From: Minisyncoccota bacterium
GTDB taxonomy: Bacteria > Patescibacteriota > Minisyncoccia > Phycocordibacterales > DATDWN01
Assembly: GCA_036517395.1 (NCBI GenBank)
Contig: DATDWN010000013.1
Span: 2,191-66,190 of the forward strand
Direction: 5' to 3'
Length of the DNA stretch: 64,000 nucleotides
The notes under the pieces were generated by a model. The model was given only the letters and a program-made list of their open reading frames with translations, did no database searches and had not been told where the DNA came from. Each line of letters opens with the position of its first letter. The first letter of the stretch is position 1. This document shows, piece by piece, positions 28,317 through 39,072 of the stretch. The position numbers and the translations under genes are program-made.

Positions 28317-30381
28317 AAAAGTTGCTTTGATGAGTTACGCTATGGATAATCGTATAGCAAAAGGCACTGCTTTGTATACGCGTAAACTACTGGAGGGTCT
28401 TTTGGAAGATGATAGTTTTGAGTTCTATTTAGTTCATTATGAAAAGACGAATGACCCGCTTTATACGAAAGCCCATGAAATCATAATGCCAAAAGTCAGG
28501 CTTCCTTATGCTTCAAAATTTGTGTCACAACTTCTGTTTTTCTGGAAGTACAGAAATGATGGCTTTGACATCATACATTGGTTTCAGCCCAGACTTTACC
28601 CGTTTTATTCATTTGCACCGGCAAAAAAAATAATCGTTACCATGCATGGCGCGGGGGACATAACCGCTCCAACAGCCTTTGTTTTTTCCCGTTTCGTTTT
28701 TAATCTTGTCTTGAAGTATTTTCATAGACAAGTGACCGTCGCTATTGTGGACTCGGAATCCGCCAAATCTGAAGTGGTAAAGCATTACGGTTTTTATCCA
28801 AACAATGTGAAAAGCATTTATTTGGGCGGGGGCGAAAACTACGTTCCAATGGCAAAAGATGAGGCACGAGAAATCGTTTCTCATAAGTATAAAATTCAGG
28901 GATCCTACGTACTCAATATCTCCAGACTTCAACCTCATAAAAATGTTTGCAGATTGATAGAGGCCTATAGTCTTCTGAGAAAAAACAATAAAGATATAAA
29001 AGAAAAGCTTGTCATCGTGGGAAAACCAGTCAATTCTCATCCTGAAGAATATAAAACAGCCAAAGCCTCACAATTTTCAAATGATATTCTGTTTATTGAC
29101 TATGTTGATTCGGAGGATTTGAACGCTGTTTATTCGGCTGCCGAAGTTTTTGTCTTTCCTTCTCTTTCCGAGGGTTTTGGCCTTCCGGTTTTAGAAGCCA
29201 TGGCTAGTGGAGCGCCGGTTGTTACATCAAATATAGATTCAATGCCGGAAATAGGCGGGGATGCGGTAATCACGACTGACCCCTATGATATTTTGGCCTT
29301 ATCTGTATCTATGAAAAAAGTTTTGGACGACTCCAGTCTTAAAGAAAAAATGATAGAATCAGGTCTAGAGCGGACAAAACACTTTAGCTGGAAAAAAATG
29401 GCAGAAGAGACCAAAGATTTATACAAGCAGGATTATTCTAGGTGTTATTTTTGCGAATCGTTTTCAGATGCTCCCATTATTGAAACTCATGTAAGTGACG
29501 CAGTCGAATACTCACTTCACCATTGTCAAAAGTGTGGGGTGGAGTATTGGACTCCTTTCAAAAATCCCGGAGCAGAGTGGTATGAAAAAGATTTACGTTA
29601 TGCAAGTAGAAATATTGATCCGGAAATAGAACCGAACTGGCATCAAAAGAAAACAATTAATTTTCTTGGCCCAAGGATGGGCAGACTTCTTGACGTGGCT
29701 TGTGGCGCTGGAACATTTCTCTACTGGGCCAGAAAAAAAGGTTGGGGTGTTTCTGGGATAGATTTTGATAGAGACGCCATCCGCACCGCCAAAGAAGTAT
29801 TTAAACTTGATAATGTCTATGACGTCGATTTAACCCAATACATAAAAGATCATCCAGAATCCAAGTTTGATTTGGTTTCACTCTTTGATATTTTCGAGCA
29901 CATAGATAATCACAAAGAATTTCTGCGTGAAGTCGGTGCTGTGCTTTTGCCAAAGGGCTATATAGCCATAAGTTCGCCATACCGATATGGGGCAAGATGG
30001 CTAATGGGAGATGATTTTCCTCCTCGACATTTGACTAGATGGGATCGTAGATCGATTACAAGATATTTGGATGAGCAAGGGTTTAAAGTGGTTTATATAA
30101 AAAGAATGTCCGAGGGGGTCGGTTTTTTGGTTACCAAACTACGTCGAAAATATGGTAAGTATTTTTCTATGAACCTTATAGGAAAAATGAAAAGCAAAGC
30201 TCGAAAGGAAGGCAAGATTGACCTAGATAGTCCAGAGGAAAAAAATATTTCAAGAGTGCACAAATTGGCTCGGGTTAAGGACTGGCTCGTATTCGGGCTT
30301 CCAGCGGTGTTTCTCTGGCTTGGTTTATTTTTTAGTCAAAAATGCTATATTACTCTTTTCGTCATAGCTCAAAAGAAATGA
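28273..30381 (+). CDS. Fused GT4 glycosyltransferase plus C-terminal class I SAM methyltransferase. The probable GTG start at 28309 gives MRIKVALM….
   Basis: GT4 motif FVFPSLSEGFGLPVLEAMASGAPVVTSN. Methyltransferase motif LLDVACGAGTF…GIDFD. Confidence 0.65.
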   Translation: MFQNTKNHDKVGVRIKVALMSYAMDNRIAKGTALYTRKLLEGLLEDDSFEFYLVHYEKTNDPLYTKAHEIIMPKVRLPYASKFVSQLLFFWKYRNDGFDIIHWFQPRLYPFYSFAPAKKIIVTMHGAGDITAPTAFVFSRFVFNLVLKYFHRQVTVAIVDSESAKSEVVKHYGFYPNNVKSIYLGGGENYVPMAKDEAREIVSHKYKIQGSYVLNISRLQPHKNVCRLIEAYSLLRKNNKDIKEKLVIVGKPVNSHPEEYKTAKASQFSNDILFIDYVDSEDLNAVYSAAEVFVFPSLSEGFGLPVLEAMASGAPVVTSNIDSMPEIGGDAVITTDPYDILALSVSMKKVLDDSSLKEKMIESGLERTKHFSWKKMAEETKDLYKQDYSRCYFCESFSDAPIIETHVSDAVEYSLHHCQKCGVEYWTPFKNPGAEWYEKDLRYASRNIDPEIEPNWHQKKTINFLGPRMGRLLDVACGAGTFLYWARKKGWGVSGIDFDRDAIRTAKEVFKLDNVYDVDLTQYIKDHPESKFDLVSLFDIFEHIDNHKEFLREVGAVLLPKGYIAISSPYRYGARWLMGDDFPPRHLTRWDRRSITRYLDEQGFKVVYIKRMSEGVGFLVTKLRRKYGKYFSMNLIGKMKSKARKEGKIDLDSPEEKNISRVHKLARVKDWLVFGLPAVFLWLGLFFSQKCYITLFVIAQKK

Positions 30382-30387
30382 AAATAA

Positions 30388-30525
30388 ATCTGCATACCAA
30401 TTTTGCCATTGTTCTGATTTTTCAAAAAGAAATATATAAGTTAATCGATATACTGCTATGAAATTAAATTAAAGATAAATTATGAAAGAAGAACAAAAAA
30501 TCGATGGCAAATTTGGTGTGCGGAT
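30388..30525 (+). repeat. Inverted-repeat element family 1, copy 4 (92-nt spacer)
   Basis: atctgcataccaattttgccattg … atggcaaatttggtgtgcggat. Confidence 0.8.
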
Positions 30526-31645
30526 AAAGTATATTACAAATGTTCGAATTCCCACTGGACGAGCTCATGGTTACGCTATTATGAAGATGTGTTCTGAGTT
30601 TGCCAAGGCGGGTGTAGATGTGGAGATGTTTGTTCCAAGCAAGGGTAATAATGAAAATAAAAAAGATCCGTTTGAATTCTATGGTTTGGAAAGAAACTTC
30701 AAAATAAACAAAGTGAAGAGTTTTGATTTGTTGGGTAGAACACTTAAGTTTGGAAGATTGTTTTATTGGTTGGATATCGTCTCTTTTCTTCTGGCCCTTA
30801 AATTCAAATTGAGATTCGATTCTGGAGATATCATTTATACACGAGATTTTCTAATTTCTTTATTTTTGCCAAAGGCGGCATTGGTGGTTTTGGAGTTGCA
30901 TCACATTCCATTAAATCTTTTCTTATTCAGTAGAGCCCTAAAAAATGTTGCTTTGTTGGTAGTCCTAAACAGCTATTTAAAAGAGGATTTAATCAAGCTG
31001 GGAGTCAGCCCTACAAAGATCTTTGTCTCACCGAGCGGTGTTGATTTGCAAGACTTCGTTCCCAACAAGGCTCAAGACGAAGCCAAAAAACAACTAAACC
31101 TTTCTCAGTATAAAAAAATAGTTTTGTATATAGGGCAATTTTATCCATGGAAAGGGGTTGATACTCTGGCAGATTCTGCGCGGTTACTACCAGATAAATC
31201 TTTCATATTTGCTGGAGGTGTTGAACCGGAACTCAGTAAGTTCATTGGGAAATACGCTCAAACGGAAAATATTATTATAACTTCATTTGTAAATCGCTCT
31301 CTTGTTTCTATGTATATGGCTTCGGCCGATGTTTTGGTTATACCCAACTCCGCCAAAGAAAAAATCTCTTCACACTACACGTCCCCCATGAAGCTTTTTG
31401 AGTATATGGCAGCCAAAAAACCGATCATAGCTTCAGACCTGCCTTCAATCAGGGAAATATTAACCGAAAATGAATGTGTCTTTGCTGAGCCGGATAATCC
31501 AGAATCTTTCGCTAAAGCTATAGAGAAAGTCCTAAACGACGAAGACTTGGCCCTGAGGATTGCCACCAATGCCTTCAATAAAGTAGGAGAGTACGCTTGG
31601 GACAAAAAAGCAAAAAATATATTAAATCAAATCTCTAGTCTATAA
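30482..31645 (+). CDS. Glycosyltransferase family 4. The probable GTG start at 30518 gives MRIKYITN….
   Basis: YIGQFYPWKGVD…VIPNSAKEKISSHYTSPMKLFEYMAAKKPIIASDLPSIRE. Confidence 0.65.
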   Translation: MKEEQKIDGKFGVRIKYITNVRIPTGRAHGYAIMKMCSEFAKAGVDVEMFVPSKGNNENKKDPFEFYGLERNFKINKVKSFDLLGRTLKFGRLFYWLDIVSFLLALKFKLRFDSGDIIYTRDFLISLFLPKAALVVLELHHIPLNLFLFSRALKNVALLVVLNSYLKEDLIKLGVSPTKIFVSPSGVDLQDFVPNKAQDEAKKQLNLSQYKKIVLYIGQFYPWKGVDTLADSARLLPDKSFIFAGGVEPELSKFIGKYAQTENIIITSFVNRSLVSMYMASADVLVIPNSAKEKISSHYTSPMKLFEYMAAKKPIIASDLPSIREILTENECVFAEPDNPESFAKAIEKVLNDEDLALRIATNAFNKVGEYAWDKKAKNILNQISSL

Positions 31646-31657
31646 AAAGAATAAAAA

Positions 31658-32965
31658 ATGATTTTTTCTGATACAAAAGAAAGTTATAACGCGGAAGCAA
31701 GGCGAATCCTGGATCTGTTGAAAAGGGATTTTCGACTTCCTGATGGCGCTCTTTGTCTCGAGAAAGTGGGGGATCAAACCTCTCCACACCATATCTTTCC
31801 CGACCTCGGCGATTTCTTGCCATTTTTTCTTTATTTTGGCGAAGAATCGTTTATTGATGAGCAGATAAGTTTATTTAAGAAAACTTTGATGGATGGAGTT
31901 TTAATTTCTGAGTTTCCATCTTTTGGATTTTCAAGTTTGGCCAAATCTTATGAGTATTCGGACCTGCTTTTTGGTCTGTTTGATTACAATTCTTTCAAAA
32001 ATAATTCCGAGAGTACGGAACTACTATTGAAATCCGCGAAAACGGCTATAAAAATATTTCGCTTTGATGGCAGGATAAAATCTTTTTGGTTTTCAAAACT
32101 TAAAATTGGTTTGCCCATAATGGACACGCGTGATGGAACTTTTGTAGAGTTTTATGTTGATATGTATAAAGTGACAGGAGATGAACGGTATATACAAGTT
32201 GCCCATAACATCTATGACAATTTGATTAGCTCCTCTTTTTATAAACAAAACAGATTATTTGCTACGTTTGATGGGCCGATTTGGGTTCGTTTCTTATTTT
32301 TAATATTGAAAATAAGAAAACACATGGAAGCAAATATCTGTAAAAATAACACAAACAGTCTTTTTGGCATGTTTTCTCTGTATTCATTGACCAAAGATAA
32401 AAAAATTCTCCAAACTATTGAGCAAACTGTAGATTCAATAAAAGAAAAGGCTATAGTCGGTGGGGGAGTTTCGGGAGTTTATTCCAAAGTAAACTCGACC
32501 AGCGTCGCTTCTCTCACTGCCTCTTTTGCCATGATAGATTTTCTGTGTGATTTGTATAATGAAGTCGGTCAGAATAAATATTTAGAATTAGCCGAAGGGA
32601 TTGCAAACTATTGGATTGAGCTTCAGGGGACAACAGGGCTGTTTCCTTTTTCAGGCTCTGTCAAAGATTCCTTTTTTGATTCCGAAACCGATATGACCGT
32701 GGCTTTGCTCAAGCTTTATGAGTTAACTTCAAAAGTCGAGTACAAAGAAGCGGCAGATAAATGTTTCAATGGTATAATGCAGTACCATTCGACTCGCGAT
32801 TTCGTACTGGCGGTAAATATAGACACGGGTGAAGTGATAAATACCGCCCAAAGAACAAAGTTCCTAGCTCTTTTCTTGAAGCTTTTGATTTTGAAAATCG
32901 AAATTCTGGATGGAAAGAAAATATACGAAGATAAAAGGCTTTGGAGTTTGTTAAAAGATAGATAA
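31658..32965 (+). CDS. Hypothetical protein (435 aa)
   Basis: Intact ORF in operon context; no motif recognised. Confidence 0.3.
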   Translation: MIFSDTKESYNAEARRILDLLKRDFRLPDGALCLEKVGDQTSPHHIFPDLGDFLPFFLYFGEESFIDEQISLFKKTLMDGVLISEFPSFGFSSLAKSYEYSDLLFGLFDYNSFKNNSESTELLLKSAKTAIKIFRFDGRIKSFWFSKLKIGLPIMDTRDGTFVEFYVDMYKVTGDERYIQVAHNIYDNLISSSFYKQNRLFATFDGPIWVRFLFLILKIRKHMEANICKNNTNSLFGMFSLYSLTKDKKILQTIEQTVDSIKEKAIVGGGVSGVYSKVNSTSVASLTASFAMIDFLCDLYNEVGQNKYLELAEGIANYWIELQGTTGLFPFSGSVKDSFFDSETDMTVALLKLYELTSKVEYKEAADKCFNGIMQYHSTRDFVLAVNIDTGEVINTAQRTKFLALFLKLLILKIEILDGKKIYEDKRLWSLLKDR

Positions 32966-32966
32966 A

Positions 32967-34199
32967 ATGGAACTAATAGAAGTATTTAAAAAAAGAAGAA
33001 GCATCAGGGATTACTTGAAAACCCCTGTTCCAAGGGAAATGATTTTGGATCTTTTGGATTCTTCCACACATGCCCCTGTTTCTTGTAATCTGCAATTAAC
33101 ACAATATATTATAGTTGATGACCCAGATTTGCTTTCTAGACTAGCCAAAGAAGTAAGCTATAAATTTAACTATACGCCTTGTTTTATTGTCGTTTTGCAA
33201 GATACGCGGTTTACCGTTGAAAGACTGGCAGGAATTATGAGCGCTGGAATGGCGGTGGAAAATATTCTCCTCCGAGCGGTGGATTTGGGCCTCTCCACTT
33301 GCGCTATGGCCGGTTTTACTCGAGATAATAAAATGAGAAAAATATTATCAATACCGTCTCACATGGATATAATGCTTATAATATGCATTGGCTATCAAAG
33401 TGATAGAGATATATCTTCGGTGCCAAAAATTCCCCTAGAAAAAAGATATTCAATAAACACATATGGCAATCTAACCACTCTAAACGAATCAGCAAATCTA
33501 TCTGACCACAGCATCCAAGACATAATAGAGTATAGGAGCAGAATCGCTCCGGTCTACCTCGATCGTTTTAGATTGAACAGTTACAACAATATTTATTATG
33601 AAGAAGTTTTTGATTTTTTCTCCAAAAGTATTCTCTCTATAGCAAAAGGACTGACCATACTTGATCTCATAAGTTACGATGGGGTGTTTTTGAAGTTATT
33701 GTGTGAAAACAATATAAATAACCATCACAAAATAATCTCCTCTGACTATTTGGAAAACAACTTAAGATTTTTTAAGGATAAGTTTAAGATTGAAAGGCTT
33801 CAAATCAATAATCAAAATGAGCTTGCTGGGGAGAAAAATTCTTTTGATGTTGTATCTTTTGTATTTCAAGCTTCTTTTACTCCAAACTTAGAAGTTTTAA
33901 TTGAAAACTCTTCAAACGCATTAAAGTCTGGTGGCACGTTCTTTATTACTTCTGTTCACGAGTCCCTCTATAGAAAATTTGGCCGAAGTATTAAAAATTT
34001 ATATAAGAAAGTAATTCTGCGTAAGACAATAAATATATACGAAAATAACCCTTTTTATAAAATAGGACCAAATAGCGGTCTTTCGAGAAAAGATATCATC
34101 GAGTTATGCCAAAAACATCATTTATCTTTGGCCAAAAACTTGCACATTAAAAAGTCTAATGGAGTAACAATAGGTATGTATGTGTTCAAGAAACATTAG
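32967..34199 (+). CDS. Nitroreductase-domain protein fused to a C-terminal methyltransferase-like domain
   Basis: N-terminus LIEVFKKRRSIRDYLKTPVPREMILDLLD…APVSCNLQ has the nitroreductase fold signature. Confidence 0.4.
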   Translation: MELIEVFKKRRSIRDYLKTPVPREMILDLLDSSTHAPVSCNLQLTQYIIVDDPDLLSRLAKEVSYKFNYTPCFIVVLQDTRFTVERLAGIMSAGMAVENILLRAVDLGLSTCAMAGFTRDNKMRKILSIPSHMDIMLIICIGYQSDRDISSVPKIPLEKRYSINTYGNLTTLNESANLSDHSIQDIIEYRSRIAPVYLDRFRLNSYNNIYYEEVFDFFSKSILSIAKGLTILDLISYDGVFLKLLCENNINNHHKIISSDYLENNLRFFKDKFKIERLQINNQNELAGEKNSFDVVSFVFQASFTPNLEVLIENSSNALKSGGTFFITSVHESLYRKFGRSIKNLYKKVILRKTINIYENNPFYKIGPNSGLSRKDIIELCQKHHLSLAKNLHIKKSNGVTIGMYVFKKH

Positions 34200-34215
34200 C
34201 TTTATCAAATAAAAG

Positions 34216-35469
34216 CTAGTTTTTTCTCGAAATGATTTTTGCGCCAACGCTGAGAAAAACAAGACGATTTATAAGTCGAGCAATAACTGCTCCCCAAAGA
34301 CCCCAAATATATATAAATGGCAAAAGGATTATTATTCCTATTACATTGCCGTAGAGATTGTATTTGTAAACTCCCACTCTATCCTTCTGGGATTCCAATA
34401 TAGTGGCGATAAAGCCCGCTATAATCACAGGAATCAATGACAGGGCCAACACCTGAGAGTATCTTATTGAGGCTAGATATTTTGGGAAAAACATATTGAA
34501 AAATAATGGAGCAAGTAAAATATATATAAAAACTATAACGCCGGTCACCAGGCCGAGTATTTTTACTTTAGCCCAAATGGTTTTCTTGATCTCCTCACCC
34601 GTCTTGTTTGCAAATTTTGGAAACGCCAATGAATTAATATTTTTCATTAAGCCCTTGATCTGGTCTGTCGGAGCGGTAGCCAAGGCATAAATGGCCAAAT
34701 CGGCGGCGCCGACATAGTGGAAGACCAATATCTTATCGAGTTCTCCCATTATTAAGGTCATTATATAAATGCCGCTGAGGTTTTTGCCGTACTTAATCGC
34801 TTCCGGATCAACGTTGTCATTATCCACATAGACCTTTTTTGTCCTGTGCAGAAAAAATATATTAGGAAGAGTAATAGATACAAAATAGGTCAAAATTATT
34901 AGATATAGATTTTTAGTTAAATAAATTACTGCAATTATTGATACTAAAGCGATACATTTTTTTATAATATTGTATCTGGTTTGAACTCCAAATAGTTGTT
35001 TACCAGCAAGAAATGAGTCATACATGTCGAAGCTTTCGGTGAAAGGGACAAACACCGCTGCCACAGAAAAGGAGATGGCTAGTAGCATATTACCCTGCAT
35101 AAAATAATACAGAGCAATACCAAAAGAGGTCAAAGTTCCAAGAGCACCCCATTTAATTTTTGTTCTCACTCCCACATTGAGAGTTCCATCAAAGCCACGT
35201 GCCACTGATTGAGTAATGGCTGAATCCATACCGGAAAGTGTGCTAATAAGAACCAGGGAATTGATCGAAAGAATGAATTTGTAGACTCCGAATATTTCGG
35301 GGGCCAAGAGGTTGGCAAAAGCCACAGAGGCCAGAAAGGCTGATCCTGTAGCCACGAACTGTCCCAGAAGAAGCCAAAACCCGCCCTTGGCGAGATAGGT
35401 CATGTCGGTTTTGGTATGGCCCTCAAGCCATTTTAAGACCTTTAAAACGGCATTTTTTAGCCAGTTCAT
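34216..35469 (-). CDS. Wzx-like polysaccharide flippase (MOP superfamily)
   Basis: About 12 TM helices and a polysaccharide-biosynthesis-protein pattern. Confidence 0.55.
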   Translation of the reverse strand: MNWLKNAVLKVLKWLEGHTKTDMTYLAKGGFWLLLGQFVATGSAFLASVAFANLLAPEIFGVYKFILSINSLVLISTLSGMDSAITQSVARGFDGTLNVGVRTKIKWGALGTLTSFGIALYYFMQGNMLLAISFSVAAVFVPFTESFDMYDSFLAGKQLFGVQTRYNIIKKCIALVSIIAVIYLTKNLYLIILTYFVSITLPNIFFLHRTKKVYVDNDNVDPEAIKYGKNLSGIYIMTLIMGELDKILVFHYVGAADLAIYALATAPTDQIKGLMKNINSLAFPKFANKTGEEIKKTIWAKVKILGLVTGVIVFIYILLAPLFFNMFFPKYLASIRYSQVLALSLIPVIIAGFIATILESQKDRVGVYKYNLYGNVIGIIILLPFIYIWGLWGAVIARLINRLVFLSVGAKIISRKN

Positions 35470-35561
35470 AGTTTCATAATATTACTTTATTTTAGACTTT
35501 CTTACTAGCATCCATTTTACTGATTTGTTATACTACATCCGCACACTAACTCTTATTAAAC

Positions 35562-37799
35562 ATGCAAAATACAAAAAATATTATCAAATACCTGATTCTG
35601 GGTGGCATATTTATCACTCCATTTATCGCTTTTATCGTTCCGCAGGGTATGTTCTTTCCGTTTATCACTGGCAAGGGTTTTGTCTTCAGGATTTTGGTTG
35701 AAATCATATTTGGTCTCTACGTTGTCTTGGCTTTTATGGACAGGGGATACAGGCCAAAACTTTCTTGGATTACAAAATCAGTTTTGATTTTCACTCTGGC
35801 TATACTCGTCGCTGATCTTCTCGGTGTCAGTCCATATAAAAGTATTTGGAGCAACTATGAGCGCATGGAGGGTTTTGTGCTCCTTATTCATTTGGTTATG
35901 TTTTATATTGTTCTGTCTTCCGTATTCAAAACAAAAGAAAAATGGCATCAGCTTTGGAACACATCAATAATCGCCAGCGTCATAATGTCCGTCTATGCTC
36001 TTTTCCAGTTGGCCGGTAAAATTGCTATTAACCAAGGAGGTGTTCGAGTGGATGCCACTTTTGGTAACTCATCATACCTTGCTATCTATTTGGTTTTCCA
36101 TATTTTTCTCTGTATATACATGATGGTTCAAGAGACTAAAGAGAAATGGTATAAATGGGTGTACGGTTCTATCACTGTTCTGGAAATCATAATACTGTAT
36201 TACACCGCTACCCGTGGCGCCATACTGGGTCTCATCGGTGGACTTTTGTTGACTGGTATTCTTTTAGTTTTTACATCTGCCGAAGGCTCTGACGGCAAGG
36301 CGCAAGCTACGACAGGAGGCGAAGCCGAAAATAAAAGTTTGCGTAAGACCGGGTTTTGGTTTTCTGGAGTTGTTGTTGCTCTGGTCTTGGGTTTTATTCT
36401 TTTCCACAACAGTTCGTTTGTTAAAAAAAGTCCGGTCTTATCTCGCTTCTCGACTTTGGGCATCTCCGAATTTCAAACTCAGGGAAGATATTTCGTTTGG
36501 CCGATGGCCGTTAAAGGGGTAGCTGAGCGACCAATATTTGGTTGGGGACAAGAGAATTTTAACTTCGTATTTAATAAAAACTATAACCCAGGAATGTTCG
36601 GTCAGGAGGAGTGGTTCGACAGAACCCACGATTTGGTTCTGGACTGGCTTATCGCTGGGGGCGTAGTCGGTCTCCTGACCTATCTCGGTATACTGGTCTT
36701 CTTGTTTTATTATATTTGGCGAAGGCAAAGTGTGCTTAAACTTGCCGAAAAAAGTATTCTAACTGGCATGATTTTTGCTTACATCTTTCATAATATATTC
36801 GTTTTTGATAACCTCATAAGTTACATCATTTTCTTCTCTCTTTTATCTTATGTGCATTCTTCTAGTGTCAGCCAGACAGAAATGAGTAGCAAGTTTTACG
36901 ACAAAGTTTTTTCTGCTGAAGTCACAAGCTATATCGTAGTTCCAATAGTCGGTGTTTTGTCTCTTGGTATGATTTATTTTGTAAACGTTCCAGCCCTTTT
37001 AGCCAACAGAACACTAATACAGGCTATAACCCCGCAAAAAGAGGGTGGTGTTGAAAAAAATCTTGCGTTATTCAAACAGGTCTTCGATTACAATTCGTTT
37101 GGTTCGAGTGAAATTCTGGAACAACTTGTTCAAATAACCGAACAAGTTTACGCCACGCCTCAAGGACAAATACCAGACAACATCAAGCAGCAGTTTTTTG
37201 ATTTTACAAAACTGAAACTTGAGGAAAAAGTGAAGCAATCACCTCATGACGCTAGGTATCTGGTTTTCGCCGGCTCCTTCTTTAACCGTTTCGGACAATA
37301 TGATGAGGCTATCAAATACCTCGATCGTGCCCTGACAGAGTCGCCAAACAAACAATCTATCTATTTTGAACTCGGTTCATCTTATTTAGGCAAGGGAGAC
37401 AAGACAAAAATGTTTGAGTTGTTCAAGACAGCCTATGAATTGAAACCGACCGAACTTGAGTCACAAGTTGTCTATACCATAGGGGCCATTTATACAAACA
37501 ACGCCGCAGTTCTAAACGAAATGTCCCCCAAAATACCCCAGGAGACGATTATCTATGACAACCGGTTTGTGCAGACTTACAGTAACATAGGCGATTGGAA
37601 TAGTGTCATTGCGATTCTAAATGTTCGTCTACAAAAAGATCCGAAAAATTTGCAGAATCAGTACACTTTGGCTTCAGCATATGTAAATATTGGCCAAAAA
37701 GATAAAGCCATCAGCATAATCCGCGCCATGATAGCACAGGAGCCAAGCTTCAAAGATCAGGGAGAAGCTTATATAAAGCAAATACAAACAGGAAAATAA
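35562..37799 (+). CDS. O-antigen ligase/Wzy-like polymerase domain fused to C-terminal TPR repeats
   Basis: A polytopic N-terminal half, then TPR-like repeats (…AIKYLDRALTESPNKQSIYFELGSSYLGKGD…). A solo family-1 half-site ATCCGCACACTAA sits 13 nt upstream of the ATG (35537-35549). Confidence 0.5.
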   Translation: MQNTKNIIKYLILGGIFITPFIAFIVPQGMFFPFITGKGFVFRILVEIIFGLYVVLAFMDRGYRPKLSWITKSVLIFTLAILVADLLGVSPYKSIWSNYERMEGFVLLIHLVMFYIVLSSVFKTKEKWHQLWNTSIIASVIMSVYALFQLAGKIAINQGGVRVDATFGNSSYLAIYLVFHIFLCIYMMVQETKEKWYKWVYGSITVLEIIILYYTATRGAILGLIGGLLLTGILLVFTSAEGSDGKAQATTGGEAENKSLRKTGFWFSGVVVALVLGFILFHNSSFVKKSPVLSRFSTLGISEFQTQGRYFVWPMAVKGVAERPIFGWGQENFNFVFNKNYNPGMFGQEEWFDRTHDLVLDWLIAGGVVGLLTYLGILVFLFYYIWRRQSVLKLAEKSILTGMIFAYIFHNIFVFDNLISYIIFFSLLSYVHSSSVSQTEMSSKFYDKVFSAEVTSYIVVPIVGVLSLGMIYFVNVPALLANRTLIQAITPQKEGGVEKNLALFKQVFDYNSFGSSEILEQLVQITEQVYATPQGQIPDNIKQQFFDFTKLKLEEKVKQSPHDARYLVFAGSFFNRFGQYDEAIKYLDRALTESPNKQSIYFELGSSYLGKGDKTKMFELFKTAYELKPTELESQVVYTIGAIYTNNAAVLNEMSPKIPQETIIYDNRFVQTYSNIGDWNSVIAILNVRLQKDPKNLQNQYTLASAYVNIGQKDKAISIIRAMIAQEPSFKDQGEAYIKQIQTGK

Positions 37800-37878
37800 T
37801 TTTGAGGCCCATTGACAGAATATATAGATCAATATATAATAAACCTCGGAAGGATAAAACGGGTGGCGTGCGCCATCC

Positions 37879-38643
37879 ATGTTGTTTAACAGAAAGAGGG
37901 ACAGAATGTCTTCAAAAAAGACACGACAGAACTCGACCGACAAGAAGCCGACGTTGGAGATGCTCATCGACCTCACTCGTGTTGTCATGGGCGTCCTCGC
38001 GCGACTTTCGTTCGAGAAGGTTAACGTCCTCCTCGGCAACAAGACACTTCTCAGCAAGAAGCTGGAGAAGGTCTTTGAGATCGCGGCGGATCCGTTCGCT
38101 GCCGTACGCACCGAGTGGGAGAAGTTCTACCTCGACCACTGCAACATCGTCGTCGACTTCTCGGAAGTGACGATTCCTACAAAGCCGAGCGAGGGCTCAT
38201 GGCGGCTCATCTTCGTCTCGCAGGGTCTGACCATGAACGTCATACTCGCAGTGATGCGAGCGAAGTTCAAGGCATGGGTCTATGCCGAGGACTTGGACGG
38301 CAATGTGCCTACCAATACCCGCACGAGCGTCCAGAGCTACGCCAAGTGGGTACGCGACGGTGTTGAGCCAGACGAGGAATACCTCGGCAAGACTACTCGC
38401 GACGCAGACATGACGGGAACCATCGGCATGACGCTCCTCGAGCGTCTCGTGCTTGGGGTCAAGCATTTCGTCGAGACAGGGAAGCATCTCGACATCAAAG
38501 GCTGGACCATCTGCACGGGTTCTCGTTACTCGGACGGCAGCGTGCCGTTCGTGTACTGGGGCCCGAGCACGGCCGAGGTCAAGGTGAACTGGTGCAGCGT
38601 CGGCAGCTCGAATCCGACGTGCGGTCTCCGTCAGGCAGTGTGA
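37879..38643 (+). CDS. DGR target (variable) protein. The C-terminal ~39 aa are encoded by the VR. The gene is GC-rich (~56%). An alternative start at 37906 has an SD.
   Basis: The last 116 nt match the downstream TR, differing only at TR adenines. The C-terminus …VNWCSVGSSNPTCGLRQAV resembles the C-type-lectin-fold VR ends of DGR targets. Confidence 0.7.
   Translation: MLFNRKRDRMSSKKTRQNSTDKKPTLEMLIDLTRVVMGVLARLSFEKVNVLLGNKTLLSKKLEKVFEIAADPFAAVRTEWEKFYLDHCNIVVDFSEVTIPTKPSEGSWRLIFVSQGLTMNVILAVMRAKFKAWVYAEDLDGNVPTNTRTSVQSYAKWVRDGVEPDEEYLGKTTRDADMTGTIGMTLLERLVLGVKHFVETGKHLDIKGWTICTGSRYSDGSVPFVYWGPSTAEVKVNWCSVGSSNPTCGLRQAV
38519..38634 (+). repeat. DGR variable repeat (VR)
   Basis: 116-nt alignment to 38934-39049. 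All 14 mismatches have A in the TR. Confidence 0.8.
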
Positions 38644-38651
38644 TTTTCTCT

Positions 38652-38697
38652 TGTTCTCTTTTCACTTTTACCCTGCATTCGTGCAACCTTTTTCTTG
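38652..38697 (+). other. 18-bp RNA-type hairpin directly 3' of the VR, with three G·U wobbles, so strand-specific
   Basis: ccctgcattcgtgcaacc-tttttctt-ggttgcgcgggtgcaggg. Confidence 0.5.
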
Positions 38698-38933
38698 GTT
38701 GCGCGGGTGCAGGGTAATTTCGTATACTAAACATGGCTGTTAAGCTAGTCAGTGTCTATTTTACAAAAATAATATTGATGGTAGTTTGCCAAACATAAAA
38801 CTGCTTGTGAGTGTTTATGCATAGATGATTACAAGTGTGATGATGCAACACAGTGCCTGAGACATCAGGGTATAACACAGAGACTTTGGAAACAGAGAAT
38901 CGGTGAAATGGAAGAATGCTCACAAAAAAGACT

Positions 38934-39049
38934 GTTCTCGTAACTCGGACGGCAACGTGCCGATCGTGTACTGGAACCCGAACACGGCCAAGGTCAAGGT
39001 GAACTGGTACAGCGTCGACAACTCGAATCCGACGAACGGTCTCCGTCAG
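38934..39049 (+). repeat. DGR template repeat (TR), rich in AAC codons
   Basis: It is non-coding in the VR frame. 14 adenines correspond to non-A bases in the VR. Confidence 0.8.
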
Positions 39050-39072
39050 AAGTTTTAGCAAAGAATCTCGAT

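Noticed and set aside
37802-38487. Overlapping ORFs (37802-38170 +, 38115-38366 +, 37912-38139 -, 38197-38487 -) within the DGR target gene
   Set aside because: These are alternative-frame artefacts of GC-rich sequence. Only the 37879-38643 frame ends in the VR.
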